Source of the DNA: Phyllobates terribilis
Lineage: Eukaryota
Assembly (NCBI RefSeq): GCF_046119375.1
Contig: NW_027367824.1
Span: 1 to 54,589 of the forward strand
DNA: 54,589 nucleotides
Direction of reading: 5' to 3'
Positions 11,904 to 24,400 of the stretch are shown here, piece after piece. The position numbers and the translations under genes are program-made. The notes under the pieces were generated by a model. The model did no database searches. It was not told the origin of the DNA and saw only the letters and a list, made by a program, of their open reading frames with translations. Within the stretch, counting starts at the first letter, position 1. Each line of letters starts with the position of its first letter.

Positions 11904-12139
11904 GGAAAACGAAGACCGAAATGCTACAGAGTTCCGCAATGGAATGAGGAAGACAGGGATGATGGTTGAATATGTCTGAATCAAGCAAACAGCAGCAGGA
12001 ATTCAGTAAGATGTTCTAAAATTAGACAACATCACGAATTTGGATCAAAAGGTACTACTAAAACACTCCCTAATTTATCAAATCAGACTAAAATTTTCTT
12101 TATTATTTCTATTAGAACATTATAAAAATATAAAAGGTA

Positions 12140-12396
12140 CTCCCTCCGTCCCACAATGATCTTCCCATTTCATTTTTATACACTATTCACCTTCTTAGAA
12201 AATTTTCTCGATTTCTCTCAATGTATATGGAAAAACATAGTCATGCATAATCTTGTTTTATTCGTCTCGACGAGTACTTTAACTACATATAAATTTTACG
12301 ATTTTAGTGACATGTACTTGAAGATATTTAGAGATAAAACGTGTCTCGGCAAATGAACCCAAAAGAAACGGGAACAACATTATAGGACAGAGCGAG
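12140..12396. mobile_element. Stowaway MITE
   Basis: TA target duplication (12138-12139, 12397-12398) and TIRs CTCCCTCCGTCC / GGACAGAGCGAG. Confidence 0.85.
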
Positions 12397-12489
12397 TACT
12401 ATCTAGAGAAGTAAAATTATTTTAGTGTAATAATTATATAGACATAAATATTATAAAATAATCTTTTAATAAAATAACATATATTTGTA

Positions 12490-12766
12490 GAGGGCTGATC
12501 GGGTGCGAACTGATTTTTCCGTGCGGACTGGCCGGACTATTGTAGTGTACCAGTATATTACTGGATAGTGCACCAGTGCACTACTAGAAAGTGCACGAAT
12601 AGTGTGTTGAGTAGTGCACCAGTGCACTACTGGGGAGTGCACCTTAGTACACCGAGAAGTGCACTGAGAGTGCACCAATAATATGCTGAAAAGTGCATCA
12701 GTTGTGATAGTCCGCACAATCCGCACAATCCGCACCGAAAATTAGTGCGCACCGAAAACGTCTTCT
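12490..12766. mobile_element. Mutator-like MITE
   Basis: About 50-bp imperfect TIRs (GGTGCGAACTGATTTTTCCGTGCGGACT versus its inverted copy at the right end). Flanked by 9-bp ATATTTGTA / ATATTTATA (8 of 9 match). Internal AGTGCAC repeats. Confidence 0.7.
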
Positions 12767-13205
12767 ATATTTATATCCAAATAAATTTAAATATTTTAAA
12801 GTAGTGTGCATTTGTATCCGAAAAGAGTAAAAAAGAAAGAATAAATATTTGATTAAAAAAATCTATGTAGAGTAGCCCTAGCATGAATTGAATACGAAAA
12901 CAAAGACGACATAGTGGTAAAATTAGCTTCTATAATTTGGTTTTCGCAATTGTATGAGAAGCCAACAATATTATTAAATTACAGAAAGATCATAAAATAG
13001 TATAAATTAGTTATTGATTCAGATATAAGATTTAATAAATTAGAAATGTCTTGGTAAATTTACCCAAAAAAAAATACGTTACAAACGTGTGACCAGTGAG
13101 GGCTATAGCCACTACTAGGTCGACTCCATTAGACCCAGCATTTTGCGAAGTATATGAACCCTTCCGAGCTTACCCATGGGCTTAAAACTAGAAGGAAAAA
13201 AGCTA

Positions 13206-13355
13206 CTCCTTCCGATCCAATTTGATCTTTCCATTTTTTCTTTTAGCGTTTTTGTGGAGATATATTTTGTTACGTAAATATCTCCAAATATATGTGTATA
13301 ACAGTTATGAAATTTAGATATTATTAAACTACTCGTCGAGACGAATAAAACAAGA
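13206..13355. mobile_element. Stowaway MITE fragment downstream of uricase
   Basis: TA followed by CTCCTTCCGATCC terminus. Internal ACTCGTCGAGACGAATAAAACAAGA is the reverse complement of the 12140 element interior. Confidence 0.6.
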
Positions 13356-13470
13356 CCACACACACGTTCATTCAGAAACAATATCAAGAACACAAAAAGC
13401 AGCATCTCCAGATAAAATTATTCATGAACCTGGTTGGATTACAAGAACCAATTTCGCGCAACGAACCTCA

Positions 13471-16400
13471 CTACAATTTTGACCAGAGGCGCGTCAAGCT
13501 TGCTTGAATCGTCCCATGCGGCTCATCCGTCGGTAGGTACACATCATCATCAAACTGCATAAACAGATTCATCACAGAGCTCATTTCTTACTAACATCAA
13601 GATATGAATTTAGGGTTTTGGGTGTAAATACCTTCACCATTCCAGGATTATCTTTGCTCGACAGATTGACAGGGATGAAGTGAATATTCGGCATTTTCAG
13701 CTCTATCGATTCTATATCTTCAAACCTGAAAACGGCAATCGTTTATCATCAACTGGGTTAACTTTTTAGAATGACGGTAATAATAGCTGACCTGGCAAGG
13801 GTGACTTTTCCCATTTGGTAGAGTGTGCTCTGTACAGATGAGCTGTACACTCCTTTCGGAGGACCGAAGAAAACCTCAACCAATACTTTCTTCACAGAAT
13901 CATATTTCTCGCTGAAATACCCTTGTTTTGAAGGTACACTACCTACAGATTGGTAAGGATACCTGTATTCATAATATTCCACTTAATCAGCATATTTGAA
14001 TTCTGCAAAAAAAAAATGAAAATGTATATACCTCCATGTAGCGGTGACCTCAGTTGCCAGCATTCTTTCACGTGTTTCTGGCAAAATTGTGTACTTGTCT
14101 CGAATGAACTTTTCAAAACCTGACTGTTGAATGAACTCAGTAAAGTTAAATTGTCAAACATATTTTCACAAAGAAATGCTTTTGATGTTTTCTCGCTGAA
14201 AAAAAAATTATATGTTTACCTGTGTAGTTTTTAAGACGGTTAATCCTTGAACACCTGAAGTTATCTTCAGATCACCTGACTTCTTCAGGATCACTTCTGT
14301 CACGTGCTTTTCAGATCCAAGTTCAAATCCTACGCAAGTGGAATCAAGACTAGTTCATTTTATTTGCACAAGATGGATAAGAATATTTCATTAGTTCTAA
14401 ATTGCATATAAATGTTAGGTTGATACAGATTGTTATTGGAGTAAACTCAGGGTGCTTAATGAATATATCTAGCCTCAAAGTTTAATAAATCATAATGAAG
14501 CGTCAGTCAAGATCCTTAAGCGAATTTTCTATCATTATATTATTAGACAAAGAAAAAACAAACACATTTGTTCTACTAGTTCTTTCTGACAATGTACTAA
14601 AGACTTACCATGGTTATGAGGTTGACCATTTATGTAAACACGCTTCCATGGTTTCTCAACTATCTTGATAATGGCAGCTGTAACCTGCAAAATGAAAAAA
14701 GATTTAGGATTGTTACCAATTCCAATGATCTTACAACACAAACATTTAACCCCACTTAATATTCATAGTTTCATAAGAATGTTTCTCCTCTATCAGATAC
14801 ACGTAGTAATTTTTTTGTGTAATTTTGAATGTTCCTGATTTCCAGGAAGACTTAAGGTGTAAATAACAGAAAAGTTGGTAATATTTGGTAAAACCCAAAC
14901 CTTTTACCATGAGAAAGTAAATATGTTAGCTAATTAAATAGGCCCATTAGGCCCATTAATGTTATTAGGGTTTTATTAGGTTATCTAGTAGCTTTAAATA
15001 AGAATTAGATTAGGAATAGGAGATTATCCAAGGGATCAATTAGAACGCAGTGTGCCCTAGGCTCTTTGAAGGTGTGACTTCATTGAGATTTCGCTTTTAT
15101 CATTGTTTAAGTTATCAATAATAGCAGTTAGTTTGTTAGTTCATCCTCTTGTCTAACAAAAATACCAAGACCAGACCCTTTGATTATATCTGAAGTTCAT
15201 ATCAACTATTTGGCAAGGCGTATATGAACATGTACTCTATAAAAATGACCACATCAAGCAAGCAGTAAAAGCACAGATACTTAACAAAAATGCAACAACT
15301 ACTATAGGCAAGAGCCAGCATACTGAACAAAGATTATGAAAATTCAGTGTTGTACATACCTGCTTATAGTATGATGTGAAGTGTTTTGCAAGGACAATAG
15401 CAAAATCTTCAGGGGAAAGTTGCTGCTTACATTCCTTTGCTTTTACATATACCTGTAATTTGGTTAAGTTGTAAATTTTGAATAAAATCAGTTAGAACTG
15501 AATAAGAAGAAAGCTCAAGTTAGATTACAAGGTGTTTTTATTTGATGGATTAATATTCATATTTCACTCTCTGAACCTGGTAATGTATTATAACCAAACA
15601 TTTAAATAGAGCCTTACCAAACAAGGGGTGGCTTTGTTGCTTACAAGTATATAACTATTTGGCATACACTCAGATATTAGACAGCTTATTAAGACAGCCA
15701 TGACTTGATAGTTTTACATGCAAACCAACAGCTAATCCACTCTAATTTTTACTGATGTCAAAATTGAAATTCTTTTATTTGAATAAAACTCAGTTAACTG
15801 AAACTGTGTTTAGACTTTCTTTAACTAGTGTCACTCCTATTGGCATCTTGCACAAACACATCATCTAGATTTCGAGAACGAATTTGATGATGAATCTGAA
15901 AATTCATCACGTTAACTTATCAAAGCTAAGTAGTTTTTGGTTGGATAACAGAAGCATCCCACGATGAAGTCATTAGATCAGTCAACACATCTTCTAAACC
16001 GATGGTCCTGATTTGTTAACTAAAAGGAACTATCTCTTATGATAACAGAATCACGATTTTAGCTGTTCCCTTAGAATTTAGGGAATCAAAACTCACCGAT
16101 GCCCAAAACTAAGTAACCAGTCAAAATCTCAAAAAAATTGCAACATAAAATTCCATGTCTATTAGTTAAAGAGAAGCCCCAAATAGCAAAAATAGATCGG
16201 ATCCAAGATCACTAGACAACATATTCACAATTTTGAAGTGTTTAATCTTACTAAAACAACATGACAAAGGGGGGAGAAATTACAGTATTTTTCATGGTGT
16301 CAGTGGCGACGATGTCAGAGTTGTCATCGCGAACATAGGATGAAACGCAATCGGAGAAGAGGCTGATGGAGACGTTCCATTCGACAAAGGAGTGAGATCC

Positions 16401-16487
16401 GTCGTCGTTTCGCCAAACTCTGCCAACCCTGACCCTATCCTTGCCGTGTCTCTGCTCGAACTTCATCCCATCGATCACGTCCGACAT
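13471..16487 (-). CDS. UOX: Uricase (urate oxidase), peroxisomal. Exons 16487-16284, 15452-15360, 14684-14609, 14329-14220, 14123-14032, 13962-13792, 13725-13632, 13554-13471; 307 aa
   Basis: All introns GT-AG with consistent phases. Motifs HGKDRVRVGRVWR, DNSDIVATDTMKNTVY, VLKTTQSGFEKFIRDKYT, SVQSTLYQMG, MPNIHF and PTDEPHGTIQA; C-terminal SKL peroxisomal signal. Confidence 0.96.
14924..15158 (+). mobile_element. Probable short solo LTR in uricase intron 2
   Basis: TGTTAG...CTAACA termini and an internal TATA-like TTTAAATAAG. Flanked by AAATA on the left and A+AAATA on the right (TSD off by one base). Confidence 0.5.
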
Positions 16488-16578
16488 GGTTGAGATTCTT
16501 CCGTCCTCTGTTGTTACTCCTGAATTTCTTGCTCGTGAGAGTTTCGCGAATTCATCCGACTCATAAAAGCCATTTGGC

Positions 16579-18927
16579 TTTTTTTTTTTTTTTTTTTTTA
16601 ATAAAGGAAAGAAATTAGGGGGCTACACATATCTTGACGATAACCGCCCTAGAGCATCCTCACGGATGAGAGTCAACAGCTCTAAATCTTCTTTCCAGAC
16701 CTTTCACTCGTCCAGAAAACCCAGCTTGGCAATACGATCAACCACCAGATTAATTTCCCGGAAGATATGCGAAAACCTGAAAGCAGGATAAGACAATAAA
16801 TTAACACAAATATCATTCACGATTTGGTTAATTCCCCAGGGACGGCGCCAAATGCCATTCAAAACGTTAATCAGGCATAAGTTATCCCCTTCAATTTCCA
16901 CGATTGAAAGATTCAAGTCTTTAACACATTTTGTTGCAAGCCTTAAGACACATGCCTCAGCTTGTAAAGCCGTTAAATTGTTTCCACTTGCCTTATCCAT
17001 AGCAAGGACTTTTCCACAAGAGTCCCTAATTACAAAACCCATCCCTACATTTTCATTTATGTCTAGTGCTCCGTCAAAATTCACTTTAAAAATATTCCAA
17101 CTTGGTTTAACCCAATGAATCTTCTTCATCTTCCTTCTCCTTACATGTTTCTTCCTCCTTAGCTCTCCTTCCCCCGTTTCGCAGCAATCTTTGTTAATAT
17201 TTTCCGTTTTCTTCCAATATTGTCGAAGGTTAATTATATATTCTGTTAAATTTTTGATTTTCTTATCTGTATTTACTTCAAATAGGCATTGGTTCCTAAA
17301 GAACCAAATAACCCACCATACCGTAGCAAGGGTAATAGCTTGTTCCGCTGATAGTTGGCCAAATAGGTTTTTAAGAATACTTTTTATTGGTAAATTGTCT
17401 GTATGAATATTCATTATAATCTGTGGTATCGACTGGTCTTGGTTTCTAACCTGTCTCATAGTAAATGGGCATTTGAAAAATAAGTGTATGACATCCTCCG
17501 AGAAACTCTGGCAGTTGACACAATTTAGCGGGACTGCAACACGCATGTTTGCCAATTTTCTTTTAGTTGGTAGCCCATCATGTGCCATCTTCCACAAAAA
17601 ATTCTTTACTTTTGGATATGAATCAATTTTCCAAATCCAGGAAAAATAATCGGTTTGATGATGCCCCTTGTTGGTAAGCAGGTCATAGGCTGATTTGGTA
17701 TTAAAGTTTCCATTTCTATTTGGTGCCCACATAATCTTATCTGGAAAATTATTATTTGGCAGCACTATATTGGAGATAAATTCAACACCTTCCCGATTAA
17801 ACAGTTCATTTAATCTCACTTTGTCCCATTTTTGTTCCTTGATAAGGAGACTAACTTTGGTGTCATTATCCCCATCCACGTGTGCTCTCCTGAATTCTTC
17901 AATATTCTTTCCCACAAGCCATGAATCCTTCCAAATGCGCGTGGATTCTCCATTTCCCAAACACCAGACAAGACCTTTACTAAATTCCGGAATGAGCTTA
18001 ATAAGCTGTGACCATTGCCAAGATTTATTGTTCCTACTTCCTTTATAATCTAGTAAATGACACCCTTTAAGATATTTTTCTTTAATGATGTTGACCCAAA
18101 TATTTCCGGGTTCTGCCAGTACTTTCCATAGAAGCTTCATCTGAAGAGCTTTATTAATCGCTTCCGGTTTTCTAAGTCCGATGCCCCCACTGCTTTTTGA
18201 CTTACAGATTTTATCCCATCCCATAAGCGGAGAATATTTGCCGTTTTTATTCCAGAAAAAATTCCTATTAGTTCTATCAAGTTCGTCATGTGTAGAAGAA
18301 AGCAATATGAAACTTTGCATAATATAATTCGGTTTAGCCAACAGATTAGCTCTGATTAACGTAGCCCTCCCTTCCTGAGAAAGAGAGGAGGCTTTCCATT
18401 TGGTTAATTGGTTTTTTGAGGAGAGGATAACATCTTTAAATGTGTCTTTATTAACTCTACCATTAATAATCGGGCATCCCAAATATTTCTCCAAGGATGA
18501 GGAAAGTGGAATATTTAAAACAGATTGGATAGCTAACTTTGCTTGGTTACATGTTTTCACAGTGGTTTTGAAAGCCGATTTCTGGAAATTCACACACTGT
18601 CCTGAGATTTCGCAGTAATCATCAATTATCCTTTTCAAAGTGCTAGCAGCATCATGTTTTGCTTTCGCAAAAATGATGATATCATCTGCAAAAGACAAAA
18701 ATGGGATAGTAATCATATTCTTAATGATAGGAAATCCAATATTTTTATTTCCATTGCTCTCAAACTGGAGTTTCCTGGCAAAACTTCTGCACATAAAATG
18801 AATAAGAACGGGGATAAGGGGTCATCTTGTCTAAGCCCTCTACCGGGGATAAACGTTTCCGTTGGACCATTATTAACGAGGACAAAAAATGAGACCGTAG
18901 TGACACATTCCTTAAAAATGATGATAT
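16579..18927 (-). mobile_element. 5'-truncated L1-type LINE (RT C-terminal part, zf-RVT, RNase H-like) with poly(A) tail and TSD
   Basis: 21-nt poly(T) on the + strand (16579-16599); CATTTGGC(TTT) duplicated at 16571 and 18928. The 696-aa ORF contains FADDIIIF, KYLGCP, FLWKMAHDGLPT, C-x2-C...HLFFKC and KVNFDGA. The upstream RT motif [13 protein letters not shown] is in another frame (1-bp frameshift near 18780). Confidence 0.93.
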
Positions 18928-19852
18928 CATTTGGCTTTCACTTATCGCGGGACAGCTCATAGAAAATTTATTAAACAATAATGTGAGAGAATTTTTGTGC
19001 TGAAAGTGGCAAGGCAATATTCCTCAATAATTACTCTTTAATTTGACACTATCATGAATTGAAATTTCCATAAACGTAGAAAATATATTAACTATAACTT
19101 TATTTAGATGATTGATGAACAATTGTATGATGATAGTAGATATGAAATTTGTATTAGATATTCTAATGGTGAATTATTCACCTTATTTACCTCCTAATTT
19201 TATGGGGATTAACTTAAGTTTTGTCTCCCCAATTTTTGCCTATAAATAGAGGCATTTTCTAGTGTAAATAACACACCAAAATAAGAGCAAGAATACTCAT
19301 CTAAAGTTCTTGATCTCTCCCTTTCTCTTTCACAATTTAAAGTTATTTTAGTGGTCATTTAAGTAAGATTAGGACATCTTGTCTTACTAATCTAAAATCT
19401 TAGATTAAGACACTTTGTCTTAATCACCACTTATCAAGAATCACCAAGGTATAAACTCCACTCTTTTATTAATACAATCATAGTTATACAAGAGTTATTA
19501 CAAAATCGATTTGAGAAGTATGCTCAGTAGTTGCCCAAAACTCAGCATCTTCTACATCAGAAACTCGTTTTTCTTCTTCTTAGATCTAGAACGATTTTTT
19601 TTATCAAAAATAGAAACATATTATTAGATCTAAACAAAATACAAACAAGATACTAGATTTACTTACCTCTTTCGACTTCTCATTTCAAGCTCCCTTCAAG
19701 TACTTTTCTCGATTTTAAAATGGAGCTTTTTAAATCGAAATGATGATAATTAAAACGATAATCATAATAAGAACAAGGCAAATGAAAAACTCGGTTAAAA
19801 ACCAATCGTTACTAGCTCTTAAACGACGATGAATCTCATCGGAATCCATGGA

Positions 19853-20228
19853 AATGGAGGTGAGGAAGAAGAGGATAAGAATGGATAAAAAGGGAGGGAG
19901 AAGGGGCCGTAATTATAAAGGATAAAGAGGAGAATAACCGGTATTAAAGTTTCCGCCATAAGTATGCTTATATAATTTTTCCTTACATTATCCTTATATT
20001 GTATGACCCCTGTTTAAAATTATACTTTTGACTCTATGACAATGGAGGTGAGGAAGAAGAGGATAAGAATGGATAAAAAAGGAGGGAGAAGGGGGGCGCA
20101 ATTATAAAGGATAAAAAGGAGAATAAACGGTATTAAAGTTTCCCGCCATAAGTATGCTTATATAATTTTTCCTTACATTATCCTTATACTGTACGACCCC
20201 TGTTTAAGATTATACTTGACTCTATGAC
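19853..20228. repeat. Two-copy 188-bp tandem duplication in the Bianca 5' leader
   Basis: AATGGAGGTGAGGAAGAAGAGG...GACTCTATGAC at 19853-20040 and 20041-20228. Confidence 0.9.
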
Positions 20229-20399
20229 AATATGACAATCATTTTAATTAAATGATATGATACACCTATATTAACATGATCATTCACCCTTTTTAGATAT
20301 TCATGTATACCGCTTCACACACGATATATAATCCATATATGTATAATAATGAACATCTAATTAACTCATATTTTACAACTTTATTTGTAGAACTTTTAA

Positions 20400-21482
20400 A
20401 TGGCAAGTATTACAAAGAGAGAATTTGAGATTCTTGACTTATCGGGTCATAAATACCTCGAGTGGAAGGTAGATTCCCTCACTCACCTTAAGGCAAATGT
20501 TCTTGAACAAACAATTGATGAAAAGGGCAACACAACGACACAAGAGAAAGAAAAGGCTATCGTATTCCTCCGCCACCATATACATGAAAGCCTTAAAACT
20601 GAGTATTTATTTGTTGATGATCCCAAAGTATTGTGGGAAAATCTAAATGAACGTTATGGCCATATAAAGGAGGTCCTCCTCCCACAAGCACAACACGATT
20701 GGAGCAACTTAAGGTTCCAGGACTATAAGTCCATATCAGATTATAATAGTGCTCTATTCAGGATCACATCCCAACTTAAGTTATATGGTCAAGAAGTAAC
20801 TGAGTCACAAATGTTGGAGAGGACGTTCTCCGCCATGCATGCATCTAGTGTTGTGTTACAACAACAATATAGGGAGAGGAAATTCACAAAATACTCAGAC
20901 TTGTTGAAAGTATTATTGGTTGCTGAAAAGAACAGTGAAATCTTAATGAGAAATTATAATATGAGGCCCACTGGCCCCATAACGCTTCCTGAAGCAAACG
21001 CTGTGGACAATGGATTTCCTGAAGGAAACGCCAATCAATATAAGGCACAACGTAATTATGGCCGCAGTCGTGGTCGCGGAAGCCGTGGAGGCTTTCGTGT
21101 CCGAGGAGGTCGTAGCAGCTATGGCAGAAGTCGTGGCCAAGGATACAACAAAGGTCATGGCAACAACCATGGCTACAAAGTCACAAAGGGGGATGGAAAG
21201 CAAAAGGTCCAGACGGGTCAAGCAGGACCCTCCCAAAAATCCACTTGTTATATATGTGGCATGACTGGTCATTGGTCAAGACTATGTCGTACACCCCCAC
21301 ACTTAGTGAGGTTGTACCAAACTGAGAAGGGAAAAGATAAGGTACCTGAGACAAATTACACTGAGAATGAGAATGTTGAAAATATTAACATGCCAAATAT
21401 GGATACCCCTGTATTCTTTAACCAAGAAGGAGGTACCAATTTGTCTCTGAACCTTGACGATGATAATGACTACGTCTTTTAA
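20400..21482 (+). CDS. Gag ORF of the Bianca-like element (360 aa, intact frame, CCHC knuckle)
   Basis: MASITKREFEILDLSGHKYLEW, a UBN2-like region LRFQDYKSISDYNSALFRI, an RG-rich tract, and CYICGMTGHWSRLC. Confidence 0.88.
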   Translation: MASITKREFEILDLSGHKYLEWKVDSLTHLKANVLEQTIDEKGNTTTQEKEKAIVFLRHHIHESLKTEYLFVDDPKVLWENLNERYGHIKEVLLPQAQHDWSNLRFQDYKSISDYNSALFRITSQLKLYGQEVTESQMLERTFSAMHASSVVLQQQYRERKFTKYSDLLKVLLVAEKNSEILMRNYNMRPTGPITLPEANAVDNGFPEGNANQYKAQRNYGRSRGRGSRGGFRVRGGRSSYGRSRGQGYNKGHGNNHGYKVTKGDGKQKVQTGQAGPSQKSTCYICGMTGHWSRLCRTPPHLVRLYQTEKGKDKVPETNYTENENVENINMPNMDTPVFFNQEGGTNLSLNLDDDNDYVF

Positions 21483-24400
21483 GGATTGAACTAGTCTTGA
21501 ACGTCTATGCCACGTCTCATATGTATAATATTGTATAATATGCATTCCCTTTTTCTTTGTTATCGCATAAAATCATGTATAATATAACTAAATATGTAAT
21601 ATTTTTCTTTAAGTACTTGTATAATATAACTATCCTTGTGTGATATATATGAAGTTTTTTTTGACATTTTACGTATCACTTTCTTTCTTTTTATACAGTG
21701 GACATGGAGCCACCTAAAGTGAACTCGATGGGAAGGAGAAATGTCTTCTAGATAGTGCAACAACGCACACCATTCTAAGAAACAAAGATTATTTACACAC
21801 CTAAGAGCCTATGCAGGCAATGTCACTACAATCTCGGGTGTGTCTAAGCTCATCGAAGTCTCCGAAAGAGCAATTGTCCTACTTCCATGTGGAACAAAAT
21901 TAGTAATAAATGATTCATTGTATTCAAGTAAATCTCAAAGAAATTTACTGAGTTTTAAGGATGTGCATAAAAATGGATTTCATGTGGAAACCACAAATAA
22001 AAATGGAAAAGAATATTTATGCATCATAAGCCATGAATCTGGCCTCAAAAGGATCCTTGAAAGAATGCCAAGTCAAACATCTGGGTTATACTATACGTAT
22101 ATTCATCCACTTGAGGTCAATGCAGTAATAAGGAAAAAGTCAAATGATAAAGTTTCATTTACATTATGCCATGAACACCTGGGTCACCCAAGGATGATAA
22201 TGATGCACAAATTCACAAAGAATTCATTCGGACATCCGCTGAAAAATATCAGGCTTCTATCACCAAATGAACTCAACTGCATTGCATGCTCACTTGGAAA
22301 GATTATTATAAGATCCTCCAAAAGTAAAATAGCAAGTGAGCTGCCTACATTTTTGGAAAGAATCCAAGGGGACATATGTGTACCAATAGCTCCACCTTGC
22401 GGGCCATTTCGATATTTTATGGTGCTAATTGATGCATCTACACGTTGGTCTCATGTTAGCCTATTTTCCACTCGAAATACTGCATTTGCTAAACTCCTTG
22501 CTCAAATAATCCGATTGAGAGCACATTTTCCAGATTACACAATCAAAAAATCCGACTTGATAATGCCGGAGAATTCACTTCCCAAATCTTTAATGATTTT
22601 TGCGTGTCAATTGGGATTGATGTGGAACATCCCGTAGCTCATCTTCACACATAAAATGGTCTTGCGGAATCCTTAATAAAGAGATTACAATTGATTGCTA
22701 GACCATTATTGATGAGGTCTAAACTTCCCTCATCAGCATGGGGACATGCTATATTACATGCTGCAGCATTGATTCGATTAAGACCAAGTGCGAACCATGA
22801 GTAATCCCCATTACAATTAGTATTTGGAAAGGAACCAGACATTCTCACATCTCAAAGTATTTGGATGTGATGTTTATGTCCCCATTGCTCCATCCCAACG
22901 CACCAAGATGGGACCACAAAGAAGATTGGGAATATATGTTGGTTTTGAATCACCATCGATTATAAAATATCTTAAACCTATAACGGGTGATTTATTCATA
23001 ACAAGATTAGTTGCTTGTCATTTTGATGAAAGAACTTCCCAAACTTAGGGGGAGAAAAGAAAATGGTTGACCCAAATACAAAAGAGGTCATGTGGAATGC
23101 AATAGCATTGTCTCACCTTGATCCAAGAACAAAAATGTATGAACAAGAGGTACAATAGATAATTCATCTACAAAATGTTGCAAATCAACTACCTGATGCA
23201 TTCATAGATACCAAGAAAGTGACAAAGTCACATATACCAGCAACAAATGCTCCAGCAAGGATTGAAATACCCATTGGACAGCCTGAAGCGTCCATAACAA
23301 ATAAGTCCACAACGCGTTGAAAGCGTGGAAGACCTCTAGGTTTAAAGAATTTGAAACCAAGAAAATCAAAGGACCCTTTGGATATGATAGGACTAAGAAA
23401 GATAGGCAGCGAAATTGAAAATGAAAATGTTTCACAAGAAAATGACATCTTGGACAATGATCAAAATATCAATAATTATGAAATTTCTATTAATTATACT
23501 TATACAGGTATACAATGGAATAGAAAAGATGTCGTTATTCATAACATATTTGCCTACTCAATAGCTATAGATGTTGTGTCAAGGGATGAGGACGCTGAGC
23601 CAAAATCAGTTGACGAATGTCGTCAAAGAAAAGATTGGCCAAAATGGAAAGAAGTCATCCAGATAGAATTAAGATCCCTATAAAGGCGAGAAGTTTTTGG
23701 ACCTGTAGTCCATACACCAAATGGTGTAAAACCAGTAGGATACAAATGGGTTTTAATAAGAAAGCAAAATGAGAAGAATGAAATCGTCAAATATAAGGCA
23801 AGGCTTCTAGCCCCAAAGTTTCTCCCAAATTCTCGGAGTTGATTATAACGAAACATACTCTCCAGTGGTTGATGCAACTACATTAAGGTTCCTCATTGGC
23901 ATGACTATATTCGAGAAATTACATATGCGTCTTATGGATGTCGTAACCGCATACTTATATGGGTCACTTGATACAAGCATCAATATATGAGAGTTCTAGA
24001 TGGAATAAGACTGCCCGAGTCTAACAACTCTAAGCCTCGAGGGTTATTCTCTATAAAGCTAAAGAGGTCGTTGTACGGATTAAAACAATCTGGAAGGATG
24101 TGGTACAACCGTCTTAGTGAATACCTCATGAAAGAAGGGTATAAGAATGATGCCACTTGCCCGTGCTTTTTTTGTCAAAAGATCCAAAAAATGGGTTTGC
24201 AATCATCGATGTATATGTTGACAATTTTAACATCGTGGGAACTCCTCATGAACTCAAAGAAACTGCAAAATATTTGATGAAAGAATTCAAGATGAAAGAT
24301 CTTGGACAAACTAAGTTTTGTATTGGTTTACAAATTGAACATCTAGATGGAGGAATTTTATTCCATCAATCTAATTATACTGAAAAAATCTTGAGAATAT

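Noticed and set aside
11904-11984. N-terminal extension of the GT ORF (MIQTYST...)
   Set aside because: The ORF track start is a non-ATG codon; the first ATG is at 11903.
13065-13200. Possible SINE next to an A-run downstream of uricase
   Set aside because: No recognisable A or B boxes and no TSD.
7455-16487. Nudix hydrolase plus uricase as a purine-metabolism gene cluster
   Set aside because: They are predicted in different compartments (plastid versus peroxisome) and share no direct pathway step. Adjacency alone is not evidence.
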